From NCBI RefSeq assembly GCF_039808215.1, contig NZ_JBDHSP010000012.1, positions 7,657 to 71,656 on the forward strand: a stretch of DNA of 64,000 bases, written 5' to 3'. This DNA is from Paracoccus sp. (in: a-proteobacteria) (GTDB lineage: Bacteria > Pseudomonadota > Alphaproteobacteria > Rhodobacterales > Rhodobacteraceae). The translations under genes and the position numbers were made by a program. Shown piece by piece: positions 16,630-27,280 of this stretch (positions within the stretch are counted from its first letter, which is position 1; every line of letters starts with the position of its first letter). The notes under the pieces were generated by a model that had not been told where the DNA came from, searched no databases, and was given only the letters and a program-made list of their open reading frames with translations.

Positions 16630-19580
16630 GTCCTGGTCTTGAGCGAGGCGAGGATGGCGAAGGGGCTGTCGGGATCGGCCTTCTTCTCGGCCCGCGGCGG
16701 GCGCGCCTCGAAGTTCTTGGGCGCGTCGTGGCGCGGCTTGCCCTTGCCCTCGTGACGCGGCTTGCCCTTGGGGCCGCGCTCCGCACGCTCACCGCGTTCG
16801 GGCCGCTCGCCGCGCGCCTCGTCGCGGCGCTTGCCCTCGAAGGGTTTGCCCTCGCGCCGGCCCGCCTCGCCCTCGCGCTCGCGGCGCGGGCCGCGTTCGC
16901 CCTGCGGGCGCGCTGCCTGGGCTGGACGCTCGCCGCGGTCGGGGCGGCGGTTGCCGCCACGCGGTCGCGGCGCCCAGGTGAAGGTGTAGAATACCTCCTG
17001 TTCGGCCGGCGCCGCCTCGGGCGCATCGGCCTCGCCGGCGGTCTCGGCCTCGGCGGCCTTGCGGGCAGCCTGCTCGGCCTCCCATTGGGCGCGGGTCTCG
17101 GCGACGAGGATGCTTTCCTCCTCGGTCAGCGGGTTGTCGCTTTCGGCGGCTTCCGCCGCCGCCTCGGCGACCGCTTCGGCCACGGCCTCGGCTACCGCGG
17201 CCTCGGTGCGGATCTTGGCGCGCTCGCCGCGTTCGGCGCGATAGCCTAGGCCCTGCATCAGCCCGGCGAACTGTTCCAGCGTCATGCCGGTGATCGACAG
17301 CATGTCGGGCTTGGCCTCGAAACCGCCGCGCGTGTCCTGCGCGCGCAGCATGTCGGCCAGGCGCTCCAGCATGTCGATGCGGATGGCGCGATCACCCGCC
17401 GGGTGATAGCCCGAGAGCGTGTAATAGCCCTTGGGCACCGAGGGCAGGTTCGGGATGGTCACCAGACCGGGCGGCGGGCTTTCCGGGAACTCGGCCAGGC
17501 CCTGGTCCAGCCCCCACAGCACCAGCCGCAGCCGGGTTGGCGCCGGCTTCAGCAGCGCCGGCTGGAAGATGGTGAACTGGCCAAAGCGCACACCATGCTT
17601 GCGCAAGAGCCCGCGCGCCTCCTGGTCCAGATCCTTGACCTCGGCAGCGACGGCATCGCGCGGCAAGACGCCCAGCGCCTCGGCCAGGCGGAAGGCAAAG
17701 CCGCGGGCCAGGCCGGTCAGGGTCTCGTCGTTCCGCATCGCCAGGAGCGGCTCGAAGCCGGTGGCGATCTTGCGGTCGATGAAATGCTGCAGGCGGCGGC
17801 GCACCTTCTCGACGATCTCGGGGCCGGCCTCCTCGTCGACAAAGGCCTCGACGCCGGGCTTCAGCGCCTCGGCTCCCTTGACCAGCTTGCCCACGGCCGA
17901 TGCGCCCCACATCAGCCCGCCCTGTTCGGTAAAGTCCAGCTCGGTGTCGGGCGCGTTGTAGAAGCGGTCGGCGCGCAGGTGGAACTCGGGCTTAAGCGCC
18001 TCGTAGGAGGCGCGCGCCAGCATGCGCGCCTCGTCCCCGGTCGCAGTCGGATCGGCGCGAAAGCGGAATCCCTCCAGACGGCCGGCGAACTCGCCCTCGA
18101 CCGTCACTTCGCCCTTGTCATTCACCTCGGCCAACAGGCTCTCCTTTTGCTTGAGCCGGCGCATCAGCACTGAGGTGCGCCGGTCCACGAATCTTTGCGT
18201 CAGCGCGGTGTGCAGCGCATCCGACAGGCGATCTTCTACAGCGCGCGTCTGCGCCCGCCAATGGCTTTCATCCGAAACCCAGCCGGAACGCTGGGCAACA
18301 TAGGTCCAGGTGCGGATATAGGCCAGGCGCTTGGACAGGGTGTCGATATTGCCCTGGATCTTGTCGATGCGCGCGACCTGGGCTGACAGCCATTCCGCCG
18401 GCACGCCGCCCTGGCGCAGAAAGCCGAATATCCGCGCCAGCAGCGTCGCATGTTCCCCCGCCGAGATGGCGCGGAAATCGGGAATGCGGCAGACATCCCA
18501 CAAAAGCCGCACGTCCCTGGGGTGCGACAGTTGCGCATGGATCTCGGGCATCGCCACCAGCGCCTTGAGCGCGCGCAGGTCGTCCGCCTCGCGCCCGCGC
18601 GTCAGCCAGGCCGAGACCGGCGCCGCCTCGAGGCTGGCGACCAGCCGCTCGACGGTGCCGAACTCCAGCGCGGCATTTCGCCACATCAGCCGGCTGATCG
18701 GCTGAAAGCGGTGGTTCTCGATCGCCTCGATCAGCCCCTCGTCAAGCTGGCCGGCGTCGCCGGTGAGGCCGAAGGTGCCGGGTTCGGTATGGCGCCCGGC
18801 GCGGCCGGCGATCTGGCCCAACTCGTGCGGGAACAGCGGGCGATGGCGGCGGCCGTCGAATTTCTCGGTCCCCGAAAAGGCGACATGCTTGATGTCAAGG
18901 TTCAGCCCCATGCCGATGGCGTCGGTGGCAACCAGGTAATCGACCTCTCCGGCCTGATACATGGCCACCTGCGCATTGCGCGTGCGGGGGCTCAGCGCGC
19001 CCATGACCACGGCGCAGCCGCCCTTCTGGCGGCGGATCAGTTCGGCCGTGGCATAGACCTCATCGACGGAAAAGCACACGATGGCCGAGCGCGCGGGCAT
19101 GCGGCTGATCTTTTTCGACCCGGCCCAGGTCAGGGCGGAAAAGCGGTCGCGGCGCAGGAAGAACGCCTGCGGCACCAGCGCGGCGATCGCCGGGCGCATG
19201 GTGTCGCTGCCCAACAGCAGCGTTTCGTGCAGGCCCCGCATGTGCAGCAGCCGGTCGGTAAAGACATGGCCGCGTTCTGGGTCGGCGCAAAGTTGCACCT
19301 CGTCGATGGCGACGAAATCGGCGCCGACCTCGGGCATGGCCTCGGTGGTGGCGACCCAGTATTGCACGCGCTCGGGGACGATGCGTTCCTCGCCGGTGAC
19401 CAGCGCCACGACCGAGGGACCGCGCGCCTTCACGATCCGGTCATAGACCTCGCGCGCAAGCAGGCGCAGCGGCAGGCCGATGACCCCGGTGCGATGCGCC
19501 AGCATGCGTTCGATGGCGTAATGCGTCTTGCCGGTATTGGTCGGGCCGAGAACGGCCGTGACCCGCGATCTGCCGTTCAT
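16626..19580 (-). CDS. Suv3-like SF2 ATP-dependent (RNA) helicase with long Arg/Glu/Gly/Pro-rich C-terminal tail
   Basis: 984 aa. Walker A GPTNTGKT, DEVQ box (AIDEVQLC), helicase C domain (ATDAIGMGLNLDIKHVAF...QIAGRAGR). The last roughly 200 aa are low complexity. Confidence 0.85.
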   Translation of the reverse strand: MNGRSRVTAVLGPTNTGKTHYAIERMLAHRTGVIGLPLRLLAREVYDRIVKARGPSVVALVTGEERIVPERVQYWVATTEAMPEVGADFVAIDEVQLCADPERGHVFTDRLLHMRGLHETLLLGSDTMRPAIAALVPQAFFLRRDRFSALTWAGSKKISRMPARSAIVCFSVDEVYATAELIRRQKGGCAVVMGALSPRTRNAQVAMYQAGEVDYLVATDAIGMGLNLDIKHVAFSGTEKFDGRRHRPLFPHELGQIAGRAGRHTEPGTFGLTGDAGQLDEGLIEAIENHRFQPISRLMWRNAALEFGTVERLVASLEAAPVSAWLTRGREADDLRALKALVAMPEIHAQLSHPRDVRLLWDVCRIPDFRAISAGEHATLLARIFGFLRQGGVPAEWLSAQVARIDKIQGNIDTLSKRLAYIRTWTYVAQRSGWVSDESHWRAQTRAVEDRLSDALHTALTQRFVDRRTSVLMRRLKQKESLLAEVNDKGEVTVEGEFAGRLEGFRFRADPTATGDEARMLARASYEALKPEFHLRADRFYNAPDTELDFTEQGGLMWGASAVGKLVKGAEALKPGVEAFVDEEAGPEIVEKVRRRLQHFIDRKIATGFEPLLAMRNDETLTGLARGFAFRLAEALGVLPRDAVAAEVKDLDQEARGLLRKHGVRFGQFTIFQPALLKPAPTRLRLVLWGLDQGLAEFPESPPPGLVTIPNLPSVPKGYYTLSGYHPAGDRAIRIDMLERLADMLRAQDTRGGFEAKPDMLSITGMTLEQFAGLMQGLGYRAERGERAKIRTEAAVAEAVAEAVAEAAAEAAESDNPLTEEESILVAETRAQWEAEQAARKAAEAETAGEADAPEAAPAEQEVFYTFTWAPRPRGGNRRPDRGERPAQAARPQGERGPRREREGEAGRREGKPFEGKRRDEARGERPERGERAERGPKGKPRHEGKGKPRHDAPKNFEARPPRAEKKADPDSPFAILASLKTRT
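16727..16774. repeat. Two imperfect 24-nt tandem units inside the helicase tail (encode KGKPRH x2)
   Basis: CGTGGCGCGGCTTGCCCTTGCCCT / CGTGACGCGGCTTGCCCTTGGGGC, read directly. Confidence 0.7.
17161..17208. repeat. Four imperfect 12-nt tandem units inside the helicase gene (encode (AEAV)n)
   Basis: GCCTCGGCGACC GCTTCGGCCACG GCCTCGGCTACC GCGGCCTCGGTG. The protein reads AAVAEAVAEAVAEAAAEAA. Confidence 0.7.
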
Positions 19581-20296
19581 CAGGCGTCCATGCCCTGCAA
19601 TTCGCGTTCAAGGCGCTGCACGGCGTCGCGGGCGTCCTGCTGGTGCGGGTGGATGCGCAGGCTTTCGCGCAGCGCCTCCAGCGCGCGCCGGCGCTCGCCC
19701 AGCTCCTCAAGGATGCTGCCCAGCTGCGTCAGCGCCGGGAAATGGCGCGGCTCAAGCTGCAGCGTGTGCGCCAGGTCCGACAGCGCCGGGCCAAAATCGC
19801 CGTTCAGGTAAAAGGCCACGGCGCGCAGGTGCCAGCCGGCGGCGAAATCCGGCGCATGGTCGGTCAGCGCCGTCAGATGGCCAATGGCCGACAGTGTGTC
19901 GCCCGCGTCCAGCGCCGCCTCGCCGCGCTTGTAGAGCAGGTCCATGGCGGCCGAGCCCGAGCGCGACCAGATGCGCAGGATGTCGGCCTCGGCGCGCGCC
20001 CAGGTATCGCCCCCGGGCTGGGCCAGTTCGGCAAACAGCAGCCCAAGATCCTCGGCCGCGCGACCGCGCGCCGCCACGGTCGGCTCGGCGGGGGCGGCAG
20101 GCTCGGCCAGGGGTTCGGCGAGGGCGGGATCAGTGGCATTTTCATCAGTCCCGCCTTGCGGCGGCAGTTCCTGAACGGGTATGGCTGGCGCAACCGCGGG
20201 CGCGCAGTCCCCCGCCCCGGCGCCGGCCAGCACCAGAAGCAGCCCTGCCGTGACGGCACGATGGAAATGTGGGACTGGCAAACGCATAAGCACCAT
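19580..20296 (-). CDS. Secreted tetratricopeptide-repeat protein
   Basis: N-terminal hydrophobic signal (AVTAGLLLVLAGAGAG), Pro/Ala/Glu linker, then TPR-like helices (AIGHLTALTDHAPDFAAGWHLRAVAFYLNGDFGPALSDL...). ATG 20296 preferred over TTG 20308 (GGAAAG SD). The stop shares a base with the helicase start. Confidence 0.7.
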   Translation of the reverse strand: MVLMRLPVPHFHRAVTAGLLLVLAGAGAGDCAPAVAPAIPVQELPPQGGTDENATDPALAEPLAEPAAPAEPTVAARGRAAEDLGLLFAELAQPGGDTWARAEADILRIWSRSGSAAMDLLYKRGEAALDAGDTLSAIGHLTALTDHAPDFAAGWHLRAVAFYLNGDFGPALSDLAHTLQLEPRHFPALTQLGSILEELGERRRALEALRESLRIHPHQQDARDAVQRLERELQGMDA

Positions 20297-20340
20297 GTAA
20301 CTTTCCAATCACGCCATTTCCAGACTCGAGGAGATCAAGA

Positions 20341-20625
20341 ATGAGCAAAGTGGTCGAGGCCGCCGTGGCCGCGCTGGACGAAAAGGCCAAGGGTTTCGAC
20401 GGCACCGCCAAATTCGTCATCGAGGGCGAGGGCGCGGTCTATATCGACGCCAGCGGCGCCCGCGCCGCCGATGACGAGGCCGACGTGACCCTGACCGCCA
20501 GCCGCGAGACCTTCGAGGGCCTGCTTTCTGGCGACGTGAACCCGACCGCCGCGTTCATGACCGGCAAGCTGAAGGTCGACGGCGCCATGGGCACGGCGAT
20601 GAAGCTTGGGGCGCTGCTCTCCTAG
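20341..20625 (+). CDS. SCP2 sterol-binding domain protein
   Basis: 94 aa, ...FEGLLSGDVNPTAAFMTGKLKVDGAMGTAMKLGALL is the SCP2 C-terminal signature. GAGGAG SD. Confidence 0.8.
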   Translation: MSKVVEAAVAALDEKAKGFDGTAKFVIEGEGAVYIDASGARAADDEADVTLTASRETFEGLLSGDVNPTAAFMTGKLKVDGAMGTAMKLGALLS

Positions 20626-20628
20626 GCG

Positions 20629-21567
20629 ATGGACGCGGCACCGTTTTTCAGCTTTCCGGACGATCCGGCGCCCGCAGCCTGCGCCTTCTGGCTGCAGGCC
20701 GAGGACGGGATCCGGCTGCGCGCCGCGCATTGGCCGGCCGCAGCGGCGGCGGGGACGGTGCTGCTGTTCAACGGCCGCGCCGAATATCTCGAGAAATACG
20801 CCGAGACCGCGCAAGACCTCAACCGCGCCGGTTTCGACGTGATCTCGCTTGACTGGCGCGGACAGGGGCTGTCGGACCGGCTGCTGCCCGACCCCCGCCC
20901 CGGCCAGATCCGCGACTTTGCCGATTATCAGCGCGATGTGGTGGAACTTCTGGTGGCGGCGCAGGACCTGGCCCTGCCCCGGCCCTGGCACCTGCTGGCC
21001 CATTCCATGGGCGGCGCCATCGGCCTGGCCGCGCTGGCGACCGGCCTGCCGGTGCAAAGCGCGGTGTTCTCGGCGCCGATGTGGGGTATCAACCTTGGCC
21101 GCGTCCCCGAGCCGCTGGCGCTGGGCCTGGCGCGGCTGGCCAGCCGGCTTGGCCATGGCGGCAGGCCCGCGCCCGCCTCGGGCGGGCTGCACAGTTTCGT
21201 GCTGAAGGACGGATTCCTCGACAATCCGCTGACCTCGGACGGCCGCCGCTGGGGCCGGCTGGTCTCCGAGATCGCCTGCTGGCCCGAGATCGCGCTGGCC
21301 GGCGCCAGCTATGACTGGCTTGGCGCGGCGCTGCGGGAATGCCGCCGCCTGGAGGGGCTGCCCGCCCCGGCGCTGCCGGTGCTGATCGCCGTCGGCCCGC
21401 AAGACGGGGTGGTCTCTGCGGCCGCCGTCCGCCGCCGCGCCGCCGCCTGGCCGGGGGCGGAACTGCTGGAACTGCCCGGATGCCGGCACGAGGCGCTGAT
21501 CGAGCGCGAGGCGCTGCGCGAGACGTTCCTTGCCGCGGCCATCGCGCATTTCCGCGCCGCCGGCTGA
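20629..21567 (+). CDS. Alpha/beta hydrolase (lysophospholipase-like)
   Basis: 312 aa, nucleophile elbow AHSMGG, HG-type oxyanion region (LLFNGRAEYLEKY). Confidence 0.8.
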   Translation: MDAAPFFSFPDDPAPAACAFWLQAEDGIRLRAAHWPAAAAAGTVLLFNGRAEYLEKYAETAQDLNRAGFDVISLDWRGQGLSDRLLPDPRPGQIRDFADYQRDVVELLVAAQDLALPRPWHLLAHSMGGAIGLAALATGLPVQSAVFSAPMWGINLGRVPEPLALGLARLASRLGHGGRPAPASGGLHSFVLKDGFLDNPLTSDGRRWGRLVSEIACWPEIALAGASYDWLGAALRECRRLEGLPAPALPVLIAVGPQDGVVSAAAVRRRAAAWPGAELLELPGCRHEALIEREALRETFLAAAIAHFRAAG

Positions 21568-21636
21568 CCCCGAGCCTGACCCCGGCCTTTTCCCGACACG
21601 ATCTGCCGGCCTGTCGTCGCAGCGGCCACCGCCATG

Positions 21637-21664
21637 AAAAGGGCCGCCCCCTGCGGGACGGCCC
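21637..21664 (-). terminator. Rho-independent terminator of groEL (GGGCCG-12 nt loop-CGGCCC followed by TTTT on the minus strand)
   Basis: Stem arms at 21641-21646 and 21659-21664, A4 at 21637-21640. 25 nt downstream of the groEL stop. Confidence 0.7.
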
Positions 21665-21688
21665 TCGTTTCCTGCCTGAGGCGGATGC

Positions 21689-23347
<1,659 letters not shown>

Positions 23348-23364
23348 TTACCGGGAAAGGACGA

Positions 23365-23652
23365 TCAGGCGATGATGCCCAGGATGTCGCTTTCCTTCAT
23401 GATCAGCAGCTCTTCGCCATCGACCGTGACTTCGGTGCCCGACCATTTGCCGAACAGGATGCGGTCGCCCGACTTGACGGCGGGCGCGATCAGCTCGCCC
23501 GAGTCCTTGCGCGCGCCTTCGCCAACCGCGATCACTTCGCCCTCGGCGGGTTTTTCCTTCGCGCTGTCGGGGATGATCAGGCCGCCCTTGGTCTTTTCGT
23601 CCGACTGGACGCGACGGACCAGAACGCGGTCGTGCAGCGGTTTGAAAGCCAT
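23365..23652 (-). CDS. groS: Co-chaperonin GroES
   Basis: 95 aa, [44 protein letters not shown]... Confidence 0.99.
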   Translation of the reverse strand: MAFKPLHDRVLVRRVQSDEKTKGGLIIPDSAKEKPAEGEVIAVGEGARKDSGELIAPAVKSGDRILFGKWSGTEVTVDGEELLIMKESDILGIIA

Positions 23653-23687
23653 GTGAACACTCCGGTGCTACAGGTTGTTATACGTTG

Positions 23688-23714
23688 TTGTCACTCATAC
23701 TTGGTGAGTGCCAA
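23688..23714 (-). promoter_or_regulatory. CIRCE operator (HrcA site): TTGGCACTC-N9-GAGTGACAA
   Basis: Minus-strand reading compared with the consensus TTAGCACTC-N9-GAGTGCTAA gives 3 mismatches. Lies 36 nt upstream of the groES ATG and downstream of the candidate -10. Confidence 0.8.
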
Positions 23715-23722
23715 TGACGCCC

Positions 23723-23750
23723 ATCTAGGCAGCGCCACCCGCCCTGTCAA
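23723..23750 (-). promoter_or_regulatory. Candidate groESL promoter TTGACA-N16-CTAGAT
   Basis: Minus strand: -35 TTGACA (23745-23750), -10 CTAGAT (23723-23728). The -10 region CCTAGAT also resembles the alphaproteobacterial RpoH -10. Confidence 0.5.
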
Positions 23751-23844
23751 CGGCCGCAGCCGGGGAAATTTCCGCGTGAATTCCGCTTGACGGCGATTCC
23801 GTGCCGCGGCTACGCCCGGAGAAAGGCTGGCGGCGGGGGCAGGC

Positions 23845-25155
23845 ATGAACGGGCGGCTGAAGGTTCTGGTGATTGCCGAGGCGGCAAATCCCGAATGGGT
23901 TTCCGTGCCGCTGGTCGGCTGGTCGCTGGCCTCGGCGCTGCGCGAGGTGGCCGATGTCCATATCGTCACCCAGGTCCGCAACCGCGAGGCGATCTTGCGT
24001 GCCGGGCTGGTCGAGGGGCGCGACTTCACCGCCATCGACAGCGAGAAACTGGCCGCGCCGATGTGGCGCCTGGCCGAACGGCTGTCCATGGGCAAGGGCG
24101 TCGGCTGGACGATGAAGACCGCGGTCTCGACCCTGGGCTACGGCTATTTCGAGCGCCTGGTCTGGCGCGCCTTCGGCGGCGACATCCGCGCCGGGAAATT
24201 TGACCTCGTGCATCGGGTGACGCCGCTGACCCCCACCGCCAGCAGCCGCCTGGCGCCGCTTTGCGCGCGCGCCGGCGTGCCCTTCGTGCTGGGGCCGCTG
24301 AACGGCGGCGTGCCCTGGCCCAAAGGGTTCGACAGCGAAAGGCGGCGCGAAAGGGAATGGCTGTCCTATGTGCGCGGCGCCTACAAGGCGCTGCCCGGCC
24401 GCGGCGCCATGCTGCGCGATGCCAGCGCCATCATCTGCGGCTCGCTGCACACCCTGGGCGAGATCCCGGCCCGGCACCGCGACAAATGCATCTGGCTGCC
24501 CGAGAACGCCATCGACCCGGCGCGGTTCTGCCTGACCGCGCCGCAGCCGGGCACCCTGCCCCTGCGCGGCTGCTTCATCGGCCGGCTGGTGCCCTACAAG
24601 GGCGCCGACATGGCGATCGAGGCGGCGCTGCCGCTGCTCAGCGCCGGCAAGCTGGTGCTCGACATCATCGGCGACGGCCCGCAGGCCGCAGATCTGCGGG
24701 CGCTGGTGGCGCGCGAGGGCGTTCAGGCCGCGGTGCATTTCCGCGGCTGGCTGCCCCATGCCGAGGTGCAGGACACGGCGGCGCAGGCGCAGCTGCTGGT
24801 CTTTCCCTCGGTGCGCGAATTCGGCGGCGGTGTCGTGCTCGAGGCCATGGCGCTGGGCGTGGTGCCGGTGATCGCCGATTATGCCGGTCCGGGCGAACTG
24901 GTCGATGACACGACCGGCTTTCGCATCCCCATGGGCAGCCGCGCCGAGATCGTCGCGGCGCTGCGCCGCCAGCTGATTGCCATTGCCGACGATCCCGGGG
25001 CACTGCCGGCGATGGCGGCGGCGGCGCAGGCGCGGGTCATGCGCGATTTCACCTGGCCGGCCAAGGCGGCGCAGGTGGCGCGCATCTGGCAGGCGGTGGT
25101 CGCCGGGCACAAGCCGGCGCAGGAACTGCCGCTGCCGCGCCGGGCTGGCACCTGA
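23845..25155 (+). CDS. Glycosyltransferase family 4 (GT-B fold)
   Basis: 436 aa. C-terminal GT1/GT4 signature (GRLVPYKGADMAIEA...FPSVREFGGGVVLEAMALGVVPV) with the EX7E-like motif. Confidence 0.85.
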   Translation: MNGRLKVLVIAEAANPEWVSVPLVGWSLASALREVADVHIVTQVRNREAILRAGLVEGRDFTAIDSEKLAAPMWRLAERLSMGKGVGWTMKTAVSTLGYGYFERLVWRAFGGDIRAGKFDLVHRVTPLTPTASSRLAPLCARAGVPFVLGPLNGGVPWPKGFDSERRREREWLSYVRGAYKALPGRGAMLRDASAIICGSLHTLGEIPARHRDKCIWLPENAIDPARFCLTAPQPGTLPLRGCFIGRLVPYKGADMAIEAALPLLSAGKLVLDIIGDGPQAADLRALVAREGVQAAVHFRGWLPHAEVQDTAAQAQLLVFPSVREFGGGVVLEAMALGVVPVIADYAGPGELVDDTTGFRIPMGSRAEIVAALRRQLIAIADDPGALPAMAAAAQARVMRDFTWPAKAAQVARIWQAVVAGHKPAQELPLPRRAGT

Positions 25156-25200
25156 GCCCTACCCGTGCCATGCTGGCGCCACAACCCCGCCGGAACCGCC

Positions 25201-26247
25201 ATGCGCCTTGCCCCTGTCCTTGCCGCGCTCTTTGCCCTTGTCTCGCTGGCCCTGCCGGCGGCGGCGGCGCAGGACTGCCTGGGCCGCAACCTGTTCCAGA
25301 GCATGGCGCCGGCGCGCCTGGCCGAGCTGCGCGCCGCGACCGACCGTGTGCCCTATCACCACGGCCTGTTCTGGCGCGCCGAAAAGGACGGGCAGGCGAT
25401 CACGCTGATCGGCACCTATCACTTTGCCGACCCGCGCCACGAAGCGACTCTGCGCCGCTTTCGCCCGGCCCTGGCCGAGGCCGGCGCCCTGCTGGTCGAG
25501 GCCGGCCCCGAGGAGGAGGCGCGGCTGGCCGCAGCCATGAGCGCCGATCCCGGCCTGATCGTGAACCCCAAGGGCCCCACCCTGCCCGAGCGGCTGTCCG
25601 AGCGCGAATGGGCGGCGCTGTCGCGGGCACTGGCGCAGCGGGGGTTGCCCGCGGTGATCGCCAGCCGGCTGCGGCCCTGGTATGTCGCGGTCATGCTCGG
25701 CGTCTCGCCCTGCATGATGCGCCTCGTCGAGGAAAGGGGCGATGCCGGCGGGCTGGACCATCTGCTGACCGAGGCCGCGGCGGAACTGGACCTGCCCGTG
25801 CGGGCGCTGGAGCCCTGGGACACGGTGCTGACGCTGTTTGCCGGCATGACCCCGGCCGAGGAAGAGGACATGATCCGCGCCGCCCTGCCGGCGGCGGAAC
25901 ATGCCGACGATTACGCCGTGACGCTGAGCGACGCCTATTTCGCCGGCGAAAGCTGGATGATCTGGGAATTCGGCCGTTTCGACGCCTATGACCGCTCGGG
26001 GATGACGCGGGCCGCGATCGACGCGCAGATGCACCTGGCGCAGGACAGGCTGATGGACAGGCGCAACCGTGGCTGGATCGCCCCGCTCGAGGCGGCGGCG
26101 GCCGAGGCGGCGCGCCAGGGCAAGGGCGTGGTCGCCGCCTTTGGCGCGCTGCACCTGCCGGGCAAGCAGGGCGTGCTGCGCCTGCTGGAGGAACGCGGCT
26201 GGCGCATCAGCCCGATCGAGATGGAGGGGACAGGCCATGGCGGATGA
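25201..26247 (+). CDS. TraB/GumN family protein, secreted
   Basis: ATG 25201 verified. Signal peptide MRLAPVLAALFALVSLALPAAAAQ, GTYHF motif (ITLIGTYHFADPR) and C-terminal GALHLPG motif typical of TraB/GumN. Confidence 0.8.
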   Translation: MRLAPVLAALFALVSLALPAAAAQDCLGRNLFQSMAPARLAELRAATDRVPYHHGLFWRAEKDGQAITLIGTYHFADPRHEATLRRFRPALAEAGALLVEAGPEEEARLAAAMSADPGLIVNPKGPTLPERLSEREWAALSRALAQRGLPAVIASRLRPWYVAVMLGVSPCMMRLVEERGDAGGLDHLLTEAAAELDLPVRALEPWDTVLTLFAGMTPAEEEDMIRAALPAAEHADDYAVTLSDAYFAGESWMIWEFGRFDAYDRSGMTRAAIDAQMHLAQDRLMDRRNRGWIAPLEAAAAEAARQGKGVVAAFGALHLPGKQGVLRLLEERGWRISPIEMEGTGHGG

Positions 26248-26572
26248 ACTCTGGCGCGAGGAACGCGAATTCTGGCTGGCGGGCGTGGCCGAGGCGGCGC
26301 GCCGGCTGGACGGCGCCTGCCTGATCGCGCTGTCGCCCATGGGCATCCTGGACCGCGCCGGCACCGTCGCGGCGCTGCAATCCGGGCCGCGCTGGCAGGA
26401 GGTCACGCTGAGCGAGCGCGCCAGCATCGAGACCGACGATGTCTGCGTGCTGGCCTATCGCGCCACCGCACGTCGCGCCGGGGCCGGGACCTATCGCGCG
26501 CTCTGCACCACCACCTGGATCCGCCGCGGCGGCGACTGGCGCATCCTGCAGCACCAGCAGACGCCGGTGTGA
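26237..26572 (+). CDS. NTF2-like / DUF4440 (SnoaL-like) protein
   Basis: 111 aa, MADELWREEREFWL...TTTWIRRGGDWRILQHQQTPV, a typical DUF4440 end. ATG 26237 overlaps the TraB/GumN 3' end by 11 nt. Confidence 0.65.
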   Translation: MADELWREEREFWLAGVAEAARRLDGACLIALSPMGILDRAGTVAALQSGPRWQEVTLSERASIETDDVCVLAYRATARRAGAGTYRALCTTTWIRRGGDWRILQHQQTPV

Positions 26573-27213
26573 TGCGCCGGCCGATGCAGCGGCACCGGCG
26601 TTTCCTGATCAGCTTCTGCGGTGGGCTGGCGGCGGGGGCGCTGCTGTTTCGCCTGCAGGCGGTGGACCGGCTGCTGATCTTTTCCGTGACCTTCTGCGCC
26701 GCCTATCTGGCGCTGACGGCGCTGGCCATGCCCGGCATCACCGCCGACATCATGCGCGGCCGCGCCAGCCGCGACGACGAGGGCGTGCGCATCATCGTGC
26801 CGATGGGCGTGGCCGCGGTGGCGATCAGCCTGATCGCCATCCTGATGACCATCCGCGCCCCGCATGCGGGCCTGGCGCTGCGCCCGGCGCTGGCGCTGAT
26901 CTCGGTGCCGCTGGGCTGGACGATGATCCACATGGTCATGGCCTTTCACTACGCCAGCCTCTGGTACGGGCGCGGCCCCGACCGGCACGAGGCGCGCGAC
27001 ATCGCCTTTCCCGGCCTGGCCGACGGCCAGGACGCCGGGCTGTGGGATTTCGTCTATTACAGTTTTACCCTCGGCATGACGGCGCAGACCTCGGATGCGG
27101 CGGCGCTTTCGACGCGGATGCGGCGGGTCACTGTGATCCACGGCGCCTGCGCTTTTTTCCACAATACCGTGCTGCTGGCGCTGGCGGTCAATGCCGCCGT
27201 GGCGCTGGGTTGA
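26572..27213 (+). CDS. DUF1345 family membrane protein
   Basis: About 213 aa, 4-6 TM segments, WDFVYYSFTLGMTAQTSD motif typical of DUF1345. ATG 26572 shares a base with the upstream TGA. Confidence 0.7.
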   Translation: MRRPMQRHRRFLISFCGGLAAGALLFRLQAVDRLLIFSVTFCAAYLALTALAMPGITADIMRGRASRDDEGVRIIVPMGVAAVAISLIAILMTIRAPHAGLALRPALALISVPLGWTMIHMVMAFHYASLWYGRGPDRHEARDIAFPGLADGQDAGLWDFVYYSFTLGMTAQTSDAAALSTRMRRVTVIHGACAFFHNTVLLALAVNAAVALG

Positions 27214-27280
27214 TAGACAATCCCCGGACCCCGCCCTATAACGCGCCCGGATTTCCAGCGTCAGCTTCAAGGTATCGCGC

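Noticed and set aside
27211-27227. FNR/CRP-like half-palindrome TTGAT-AGAC-AATCC upstream of ppaC
   Set aside because: The right half does not match ATCAA, so only one half-site is present.
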